Assembly: GCA_025963775.1 (NCBI GenBank)
Contig: JAOQAD010000037.1
Coordinates: forward strand, 1,638 to 65,637
Length of the DNA stretch: 64,000 nt
Origin: Bacteroidota bacterium
GTDB lineage: Bacteria; Bacteroidota; Bacteroidia; 2-12-FULL-35-15
Direction: 5' to 3'
The translations under genes were made by a program, and so were the position numbers. The notes under the pieces were generated by a model. It did no database searches and was not told the origin of the DNA. It was given only the letters and a program-made list of their open reading frames with translations. This document shows positions 33,176 to 40,517 of this stretch, piece after piece. The number at the start of each line of letters is the position of its first letter. Within the stretch, counting starts at the first letter, position 1.

Positions 33176-35894
33176 TGTCTTTTGTTTTTGTACTGTTGAA
33201 TTTATACGTGAGCTTTAAGAGGAAATACCTGCTGATGATGTTCGTTTTGTTATCAATGATCACGTTGTCCTCTATTGTTCTTTTGGTGCTGATGTTCTGG
33301 TTCAGTATATCATTCCCGGAAACGGTCAGGATAAGATTTTCGTTCTTCAGGAAAGATTTGCTCAGGCTGGCATTCCATAATACGTAATTGATGTTGTATC
33401 CTGCAGCGCGCTGGCTGGTGATGGTGTACTGCGCACCGGTTTCGAGCAGCATTTTAAAAGGCAGGCGCAGGGTAAGGTCACCGCGAAGCTGCTGCTCAGA
33501 GTATGGCTTGTTGCTGGCAGCGCTCAGGGTCGATTTCGGAATGTTGTAATCGTAGTTGTAAGCAAAGCTGAACTGGAGCGTGTCGAGCTGTATGTCGACC
33601 GACATGCCGAGGTTGGTGTTGATGGTTTGTGTTACATTCTTCTGCCCGTTGATGAAGCCGGAATAGCTGTTGTAGCTCCCGCTCAGGCTCGGGCTCAGCT
33701 GGAGCATTTTCGAAAAGAAAGGAAGCCCGCCGCCTATGTACACATTTCCGTTGTAATTGCCATCTACGTTCACCGTCTGGCTGATGGTGCGGCCGAGTGA
33801 ATCATACGCGATCGAATTGGCGAAGGCATTGTCGGTGATCATAAACGTTCCGTTGCACCACATGTATTTCCCGCTGATCGGCTTATAGGAGTTGAACGAC
33901 ACATTGAAATTATGGCTGTACGTAGGTACCAGGCCCGGATTACCAAGCACGATCCTGTTCGGGTTGCTGTTGTCGGGGATGGGCTGCAGCTGGTTGATGG
34001 AAGGCTGGCTGGAATTGGTGGTGTAGCGAAGGTTAAAGCGGGTGTTGTCGCTGAAGCGGTACATATAGCCAAGGTATGGCAGGATGTTGTTGATGGACTG
34101 CTTTACATTCTGCCCTGTGATGAGGTTGGCGTTTACAATGGATACATTCCGGACCCTTGCGCCAATGTTGAAGTTCCATTTCTTGACCTCGTAGATGAAC
34201 TTCGTGCCGAAACGGTTGGTAACCTTGGTATTCCTGAAATTATTGGTGAGCGAGGAATCATAAGCGGAATATTCCCCGCTAATGTAATTCTGCGCTTTCT
34301 TATCCTGGATGCCTATGTTGTAATTGTAATTGTACTCGAGCTCCAGCTTTATCTTTTTGCTCAGCGGCTCGGTATAGATCAGCGTTGCATTGTGTGTCTG
34401 CGAATTGCTTGCATTTGTCTTCTTCTGGTCGATGCTGTCGTTCGGCTGGGTTGAATTGTAAAATGTGTTGTAGGATTTCAGCAGGCCTTCGGAATGATCA
34501 TCGCTGGTTATAAAATTGTAATTCAGGCGCAACAGGCGGTCACGTTTTTTGAAATGCCTTGTGAGCCTTGCCATTGTATTGATATTGTATCCCTGCGCTT
34601 TGTTCGTGTTGCTGATGTCTGTCTGGTGCGTCAGCGTATCGCTGGTGGTTAAAAACTTGGTGAGCTGGTAGTTCCTGGTATCGTTACTGTTCAGCTTGAA
34701 TTTCGGCTCGATCACAAGGTCGGTAAGCGAGTCCAGTGTTTGCGTAAGGATAAAGTTCAGGCTGTGCGAGCTGGTCTTCTGGATGTCGTTGTTCACGTTA
34801 TCGGTCACATAGCTCGTATCCTGCAGGAAGTACTGCGACTTTGTGGCGCCCGATGCCTTCAGCTGGTTATCATTGTAGGTATAGTTAAAGCCGAATTTGG
34901 TCTTTTTCGCGATCTTATCGTTGTAATAGATCCCGGCCTTCAGGGTTTGCGGAATACCTTCCGGGCCATTGTTCCCGTTATTGTACCAGTACATGTTTCC
35001 ATCATCGTCGGAGTTGTAGTTCATTTCATTATCCAGCCCGTATTTGTACATATCGCCCCAGCCAAAGCCCGACCTGGGCGTATTGCTTGCCAGTGCGAAC
35101 ACAGAGATCTTCTGTGAACCTTTGAACCGGTTTGCGAGCAGCTCGCCTTCATAAAAATCCCGGAAGTCGCTGGCGCCGGATACTTTCCCGAAATAACCTT
35201 TTTTAGCATCCTCTTTCATCTTGAGGTCCATTACCTGTATGGTTTCCTCTCCTCCCTCCGTTGCGTTCTCATTCTTTTTCTCGTACACCTGTACGGATTC
35301 TACGCCGTTGGCAGCAAGATTTTTGGTGGCCACGGTCGGATCGGCACCGAAGAACTCATCCCCATCCACCAGCACCTGGCTTACTTCTTTTCCCTGGGAA
35401 GTGATCTTTCCCTGGGCATCCACCTTGATGCCCGGGAGCTTCCTCAGCAGATCTTCCACGGTGGCATTCGGCTTTACCTTGAATGAATCGGCGGTGTACA
35501 CAAGCGTGTCGCCTTTATAATACACGGGATCCTTGAAGGCATAGATCACCACCTCGTTCAATTGCTGGCTTTTCGGCGGAAGGATGATCTTCCCGAAATC
35601 GAAATCCTTATTGGCAGTGCTGCCGAATACATAATAGGTCTGGTCGCCGAACCGCGGGCTGCTCACGGTTACCTGCACGGTATCGATGGGCAGGTTCTTC
35701 AGCTCGAAGCGGCCGTTCGCGTCGGTACGGGAAAAGGCGATCAGGATTGAATCTTTAATGCGGACAGCTGTTGCAAGCGCATTTTGCACGGGCGTTTTGG
35801 TAACGGTATCCTGTACCGTCCCGGAAATTGTCATTTGTTGTCCGTATGCCGCGACTGAGAGCATGCAGATCAATCCAAGAAAGAGTTTGCGCAT
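33156..35894 (-). CDS. Outer-membrane beta-barrel protein with an N-terminal carboxypeptidase-regulatory-like domain and a TonB-dependent-receptor plug-like region
   Basis: 912 aa with a signal peptide. ISGTVQDTVTKTPVQNALATAV...DANGRFELKNLP is CarbopepD_reg-like. A plug-like segment follows (VEDLLRKLPGIKVDAQGKITSQGKEVSQVLVDGDEF). The C-terminal residue is Phe. It overlaps the GLPGLI gene by 20 nt. Confidence 0.85.
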   Translation of the reverse strand: MRKLFLGLICMLSVAAYGQQMTISGTVQDTVTKTPVQNALATAVRIKDSILIAFSRTDANGRFELKNLPIDTVQVTVSSPRFGDQTYYVFGSTANKDFDFGKIILPPKSQQLNEVVIYAFKDPVYYKGDTLVYTADSFKVKPNATVEDLLRKLPGIKVDAQGKITSQGKEVSQVLVDGDEFFGADPTVATKNLAANGVESVQVYEKKNENATEGGEETIQVMDLKMKEDAKKGYFGKVSGASDFRDFYEGELLANRFKGSQKISVFALASNTPRSGFGWGDMYKYGLDNEMNYNSDDDGNMYWYNNGNNGPEGIPQTLKAGIYYNDKIAKKTKFGFNYTYNDNQLKASGATKSQYFLQDTSYVTDNVNNDIQKTSSHSLNFILTQTLDSLTDLVIEPKFKLNSNDTRNYQLTKFLTTSDTLTHQTDISNTNKAQGYNINTMARLTRHFKKRDRLLRLNYNFITSDDHSEGLLKSYNTFYNSTQPNDSIDQKKTNASNSQTHNATLIYTEPLSKKIKLELEYNYNYNIGIQDKKAQNYISGEYSAYDSSLTNNFRNTKVTNRFGTKFIYEVKKWNFNIGARVRNVSIVNANLITGQNVKQSINNILPYLGYMYRFSDNTRFNLRYTTNSSQPSINQLQPIPDNSNPNRIVLGNPGLVPTYSHNFNVSFNSYKPISGKYMWCNGTFMITDNAFANSIAYDSLGRTISQTVNVDGNYNGNVYIGGGLPFFSKMLQLSPSLSGSYNSYSGFINGQKNVTQTINTNLGMSVDIQLDTLQFSFAYNYDYNIPKSTLSAASNKPYSEQQLRGDLTLRLPFKMLLETGAQYTITSQRAAGYNINYVLWNASLSKSFLKNENLILTVSGNDILNQNISTKRTIEDNVIIDNKTNIISRYFLLKLTYKFNSTKTKDNDDFGF

Positions 35895-35911
35895 AAATTC
35901 CTGTTAAAATA

Positions 35912-35919
35912 CAAAGGTA
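35912..35919 (-). promoter_or_regulatory. -7 box TACCTTTG
   Basis: Plus-strand caaaggta, 17 nt upstream of the ATG at 35894. Confidence 0.45.
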
Positions 35920-36013
35920 TAATTCCAAACGGATAAAAAGACACAGCCCGGGGCTGATATTTTATGGGGAAAGGATGAGCGGAAGGATAAAAGGATAAAA
36001 GGAAGGGAAAGGC

Positions 36014-36043
36014 AAAAAAAAAGAGTATCGCTATCCGATACTC
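36014..36043 (-). terminator. Strong rho-independent terminator of the small lipoprotein gene
   Basis: gagtatcg-ctatc-cgatactc stem-loop, followed on the minus strand by a T9 run. Confidence 0.75.
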
Positions 36044-36068
36044 TCTTTTAAGTCATGCAAAAAGAAAA

Positions 36069-36341
36069 TTATTTCTTTTTACCACCTTTTTTGTTTGCTT
36101 CTGCAGCAGCGATTGAATCAGCAGTAGCTTTTGCTTTTGCTTCTTCAGCAGCAGCGTAAGCAGCAGTTGAATCAGCAGTAGCCTGAGCTTTAGCAGCTTC
36201 GTCAGCAGCTTTAGCAGCTTCTACAGCAGCGATTGAATCTTGTTTTGCTTTTTCCGTTGCAGCTTTTTCTTCAGCTGAAGGACCGCAAGCTACTAACGCA
36301 GAGATAGAAGCTACAGCAACTAATGTAAATAATTTTTTCAT
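36069..36341 (-). CDS. Small Ala/Lys/Glu-rich repeat lipoprotein
   Basis: 90 aa with lipobox ALVACG. The mature part is made of A/K/E/D repeats (ADSIAAVEAAKAADEAAKAQATADSTAAYAAAEEAKAKATADSIAAAEANKKGGKKK). It has its own -7 box and terminator. Confidence 0.65.
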   Translation of the reverse strand: MKKLFTLVAVASISALVACGPSAEEKAATEKAKQDSIAAVEAAKAADEAAKAQATADSTAAYAAAEEAKAKATADSIAAAEANKKGGKKK

Positions 36342-36373
36342 TTTTTTGTTTGTGATTTTAATTAAAATTTGCG

Positions 36374-36381
36374 CAAATGTA
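36374..36381 (-). promoter_or_regulatory. -7 box TACATTTG
   Basis: Plus-strand caaatgta, 32 nt upstream of the ATG at 36341. Confidence 0.4.
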
Positions 36382-36495
36382 TATTTTATTTTTAATACAA
36401 TGCAAATTTTTAAGTAATTTTTTTTAGCCTCCCCTCCAAAATGAGGGGGCTCAAAATTATAAATGGAAACAAAAACAAGCTTTCCCTATATTTAT

Positions 36496-36503
36496 TAGCT
36501 TTG
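36496..36503 (+). promoter_or_regulatory. -7 box TAGCTTTG
   Basis: It lies 6 nt upstream of the ATG at 36510. This supports 36510 over 36441 as the start. Confidence 0.4.
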
Positions 36504-36509
36504 CCCAGC

Positions 36510-38405
36510 ATGAAAAACCTCAATTCGAATACGGGAGCATTATTAAAAAAACTGTCGCTCCTGCTCCCGGTATATGCGGCATGCAGGCTACTTTTCTACG
36601 CATTCAACCATACTTATTTTTCGGGGCTGGGCTTCGGCAAGCTGCTCCTTGTCCTTTTTTACGGCCTCTACTTCGATGCTTCCACCATCATTCTTCTTAA
36701 TTTCCTGTTCATTGCCCTTTTCCTTCTCCCTTTCCCCTTCCGGGAGAAAAGAGCATGGCAAAACCTGCTGAGATGGCTTTTTGGGATCGTCAACAGCGTA
36801 GGGCTGCTTGCCAACTGCGCCGACCTTGTTTATTTCCAGTTCACCCTCAAGCGCACAACGGCCGATGTGTTCAATTTTTTCGGCGGGGGCATCGGCAACG
36901 ACCTTTTCAGGCTGCTGCCACAGTTCCTGGCGGATTACTGGTATGTGTTCATCATCTGGGCTGCCCTTACCTGGCTCATCCTGATTGCATACAGGCGTAC
37001 CGCTGAAGCAAAGCCGGTTGAATGGAACAGGAAGCAATACATCCGGCAATCGATGATCATGCTGCTGAACCTTGGGCTGGCCGTGGTCATTTACCGCGGT
37101 GGCTTCCAGCTGCGCCCGATCGGGATCGTCAATGCCGGCGAGTTCGTGGAAAGCAAATATGTGCCGCTGCTGCTAAACTCACCCTTTTCCATCATGAAGA
37201 CCATGGAGGTGCAGGGCATCGAGCCGAAGATCTATTATACGGATGAAAAGGAGATGAGAATGCTGATCAATCCGCGGCACAAGGCAGAAACAACAGGCTT
37301 CAAAAAGCTGAACGTGTTTGTGATCGCGCTGGAAAGCTTCTCGAAAGAATACATTGGCGCCATCAACGGCCGTAAAACCGGCGACACTCCTTTCCTTGAT
37401 TCCCTCATCGGCGAAAGCCTTGTATTTACCAATGCTTTCGCGAACGGCAAACGTTCCATAGAAGGCATCCCGGCGATTGTCGCAGGCATCCCTTCCTGGT
37501 CGGATGAAGCTTTTATCACTTCCCGCTACGGCAACAACCAGGTTAATTCACTCGCCAGCCTGCTGAAGGCAGAAGGCTACAGCACTTCCTTCTTTCACGG
37601 CGGCACCAACGGCACCATGGGCTTTGATGCATTTGCAGGCCTGGCCGGTTATGACCATTATTACGGACGCACGGAATACAACAACGAAAAGGATTATGAC
37701 GGCAACTGGGGCATCTGGGACGAGGAATTCCTCCGGTACACTGCAAAAATGCTGGACAAACAGCCTCAACCCTTTTTCAGCACTGTGTTCACGCTCACCT
37801 CCCATCATCCCTACCCGATCCCACCCAAATACAAAGGCCGGTTCAAAGAAGGGGCGCTGGAGATCGACAAGACCATCCGCTACAGCGACTTTGCCCTGCA
37901 GCAATTTTTTGAAGCAGCTAAAAAAATGCCCTGGTTCAGCAATACGCTTTTTGTACTGACGGCAGACCATACCGGCATTTCCAATGATCCGTTCTTTGCA
38001 GGACGGCTGGGCAATTTCAGCATCCCGATCATTTATTACCTTCCCGGCTCCGGCCTGAAGGGGATCGACAGCACGTTCACGCAGCAGATCGACATCCTGC
38101 CTTCGGTGCTGGATTACCTTGATTATCCGAAACCTTATTTTGCATACGGCAACAGCGTGTTCGACCGCGCTGCCAGCCATTATGCATTTACCTACAACAG
38201 CGGCTGCTATGAGCTGATCGAAAATTATTTTATTTCGCAGTATGCCGATAACCGGGAAACCGACCTTTACTATTTTAAGAACGACAGCACGCTGAAGACT
38301 GATGTGCGGGAGCAACACCGGAGCATGGTAAGCTACATGGAACGGAAATCCCGGGCGATCATCCAGACCTACCAGCAAAGCATCATCAACAACAAAATGC
38401 ACTGA
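36510..38405 (+). CDS. LtaS/MdoB-like sulfatase-family phosphoglycerol (alkaline-phosphatase superfamily) transferase
   Basis: About 5 N-terminal TM segments, then an extracytoplasmic sulfatase-like domain (NVFVIALESFSKEYIG, FFHGGTNGTMGFD, LFVLTADHTG). Confidence 0.8.
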   Translation: MKNLNSNTGALLKKLSLLLPVYAACRLLFYAFNHTYFSGLGFGKLLLVLFYGLYFDASTIILLNFLFIALFLLPFPFREKRAWQNLLRWLFGIVNSVGLLANCADLVYFQFTLKRTTADVFNFFGGGIGNDLFRLLPQFLADYWYVFIIWAALTWLILIAYRRTAEAKPVEWNRKQYIRQSMIMLLNLGLAVVIYRGGFQLRPIGIVNAGEFVESKYVPLLLNSPFSIMKTMEVQGIEPKIYYTDEKEMRMLINPRHKAETTGFKKLNVFVIALESFSKEYIGAINGRKTGDTPFLDSLIGESLVFTNAFANGKRSIEGIPAIVAGIPSWSDEAFITSRYGNNQVNSLASLLKAEGYSTSFFHGGTNGTMGFDAFAGLAGYDHYYGRTEYNNEKDYDGNWGIWDEEFLRYTAKMLDKQPQPFFSTVFTLTSHHPYPIPPKYKGRFKEGALEIDKTIRYSDFALQQFFEAAKKMPWFSNTLFVLTADHTGISNDPFFAGRLGNFSIPIIYYLPGSGLKGIDSTFTQQIDILPSVLDYLDYPKPYFAYGNSVFDRAASHYAFTYNSGCYELIENYFISQYADNRETDLYYFKNDSTLKTDVREQHRSMVSYMERKSRAIIQTYQQSIINNKMH

Positions 38406-38413
38406 GCGAAGCC

Positions 38414-39286
38414 ATGAAAAAGACGATCTGTTTTATCGTGAACCCCATCTCCGGGATCGGGCGGCAGAAAGTGATCGAAAAGCTGATCGATGAGCAGCTG
38501 GACAGGACACTTTTTGATTACCGGATCGCTTACACAAAAGCGGCAAGGCATGCCATTGAGCTTGCGCGTGAAGCCGCGGCGGCAAATACCGACATTGTAG
38601 TTGCCGTAGGCGGCGACGGCTCCGTGAATGAGACTGCAAAAGGGCTGGTGGGCACAAACAGCGCCATGGCGATCATCCCGACCGGCTCAGGGAACGGGCT
38701 GGCAAGGCACTTAGGCATTCCGCTCGACCTTAAGAAGGCAATGCAGGTCATCAACGCAGGAAAGGTAACAAGCATCGATTCCATTCAAATGAACGAAGAA
38801 ACCTTTGTGAATGTGGCGGGCGTTGGCTTTGATGCTCACATCGGCTGGGAATTCGCACGCTTCGGCAAGCGCGGCTTTTCTTCTTACCTGAAAGTGATCT
38901 CACGCGAATTCCCGAAATACAAGGCGCAGGATTTTGAGCTGATCATTGATGGAAAAAGCATGAAGAAGAACGCTTACCTCATCAGCTTTGCCAACGGTTC
39001 GCAATGGGGCAACAATGCCTGGATCGCACCAACGGCCGACATTTCCGACGGGCTCATGGACATTGCCATACTGCGGGATTTCAAATTGCCGGGCGGACTG
39101 GCGATCGGCTACCGGCTGTTCAAAAAAACGCTGCATGAATCGTCGTACCTCGAGATCATCAAAGCAAAAGAAGTCATCGTGAAGCAGGCCGGCATCATCG
39201 CACACATTGACGGGGAGCCGATCGAGATCGGGAATGAACTGAGAATAAAGGTAAATCCATTATCTTTGAAAGTAGTAATTGGGTGA
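38414..39286 (+). CDS. Diacylglycerol/lipid kinase (YegS/BmrU/DgkB family)
   Basis: 290 aa. DAGK catalytic motifs NPISGIG, VAVGGDGSVNE and IIPTGSGNGLARHLGIP. It starts 8 nt after the LtaS-like stop. Confidence 0.85.
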   Translation: MKKTICFIVNPISGIGRQKVIEKLIDEQLDRTLFDYRIAYTKAARHAIELAREAAAANTDIVVAVGGDGSVNETAKGLVGTNSAMAIIPTGSGNGLARHLGIPLDLKKAMQVINAGKVTSIDSIQMNEETFVNVAGVGFDAHIGWEFARFGKRGFSSYLKVISREFPKYKAQDFELIIDGKSMKKNAYLISFANGSQWGNNAWIAPTADISDGLMDIAILRDFKLPGGLAIGYRLFKKTLHESSYLEIIKAKEVIVKQAGIIAHIDGEPIEIGNELRIKVNPLSLKVVIG

Positions 39287-39390
39287 TTCAGGAATCAGGT
39301 GAAAATGGTTAATTAAGGCCAGCCCTGGTTAACCCGCATAGTAACGTTTGCCTGAATTACTTAATAACCATTTAACCCATTCACTAAATA

Positions 39391-39729
39391 ATGAGTAAAA
39401 AAAATAACAAAGACGGCTTTGTCTTTTCCACCAACAAGGATTTCCAGTTTGAGAACAACGAAGAGCAGCCTGCAGAATCGCTGCCGCCACAGCAGCAGAA
39501 CCTGAAGATCTTCCTCGACCGCATGGGAGGCGGAAAGCTGGTGACAAGAGTGAATGGCTTTACCGGCAACGAAGCCGACCTTGAAACGCTTGGCAAAACA
39601 CTGAAGCAGAAATGCGGCGTAGGTGGCAGCGTAAAAAATGAGGAGATCTTATTGCAGGGCGATCACCGCGATAAGGTGCTGAAACTGCTGACTGACATGA
39701 ATTACAAGGCGAAGAAAGCAGGAGGCTAA
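39391..39729 (+). CDS. yciH: SUI1/YciH-type translation initiation factor
   Basis: 112 aa. [50 protein letters not shown] is typical of the SUI1 domain. Confidence 0.85.
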   Translation: MSKKNNKDGFVFSTNKDFQFENNEEQPAESLPPQQQNLKIFLDRMGGGKLVTRVNGFTGNEADLETLGKTLKQKCGVGGSVKNEEILLQGDHRDKVLKLLTDMNYKAKKAGG

Positions 39730-39804
39730 AAGAAGTGAAAAGACGGAAGTCCAATCGCGGAAATTAAAATTTGAAAATTGAAGATTAAAAATTCTGATGC
39801 AACA

Positions 39805-40413
39805 ATGAGATTTTTTTTAGCCGCCTTTATTTTTCTTTTCCCCGGTTCCTTTGCCAGGGCACAGGCAGATTCAACTTATTTTATCAAAGTGCATTTCCTG
39901 TACGGTTCCAGGCCGCTGAAGAAATACAGGGACACTGAAGCAAAGTATTTCGGCGGCATCCACGGCGGACATGTAAGCATTGAAGTGGACAGCGCCGACT
40001 ACGGATTTGTGCCCGAAGGAAAATTTCACATTTTCACTCACCGCGGCTCCTGCCACAGCGCCTTCATCACAAAGCAGACACACAACCGTGATCCATATAC
40101 CGACAACCAAAAAGTAACCACGTTCATCATTCCCGTTACTGCTGAGCAGCACGACCAGCTTTTGTTGCTTGTAAGCGATTACTGCAGTAAGGTGCCTTAT
40201 GATTATGCATTTTTCGGGATGCGCTGTGCAGCGGCCAGCCAGGATGTGCTGGGAAAAATCGGCGTGGTAAAGCCGCGGGGAAGGCTCTCCAATATTTACA
40301 GCACCTTCTACCCAAAGAAGCTTCGCAGGCGGATGTTCAGGCTGGCAAAAGAGAAGCACTACAAAGTGATCTCGCGTGAAGGCCGGACAACCCGCAAATG
40401 GGAAAGTGATTAA
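39805..40413 (+). CDS. Secreted hypothetical protein with a His...Cys motif pair (possibly DUF4105-like or permuted papain-like)
   Basis: Signal peptide MRFFLAAFIFLFPGSFARAQ at ATG 39805. It has the motifs FGGIHGGHVSIEV and YDYAFFGMRCAAASQDVL. The family assignment is tentative. Confidence 0.55.
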   Translation: MRFFLAAFIFLFPGSFARAQADSTYFIKVHFLYGSRPLKKYRDTEAKYFGGIHGGHVSIEVDSADYGFVPEGKFHIFTHRGSCHSAFITKQTHNRDPYTDNQKVTTFIIPVTAEQHDQLLLLVSDYCSKVPYDYAFFGMRCAAASQDVLGKIGVVKPRGRLSNIYSTFYPKKLRRRMFRLAKEKHYKVISREGRTTRKWESD

Positions 40414-40421
40414 CAGAATAC

Positions 40422-40448
40422 GTCATCCCGTGCTCCGACACGGGATCT
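40422..40448 (+). repeat. GTCAT-hairpin repeat copy (CCCGTG type)
   Basis: gtcatcccgtgctccgacacgggatct, 9 nt after the stop of the upstream gene. Confidence 0.8.
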
Positions 40449-40517
40449 TATGAATGGTAGCCGTTTCTTGTTTTCGTATCTTTTAGTCCACCCCTCGTTA
40501 TAAGAGCAAATGCTTTT

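Noticed and set aside
37548-38402. 284-aa antisense ORF opposite the LtaS-like gene, and the nested ORFs 36588..37049, 37235..37519 and 37624..37959.
   Set aside because: No recognisable motifs. The LtaS-like frame carries the TM block and sulfatase signatures.
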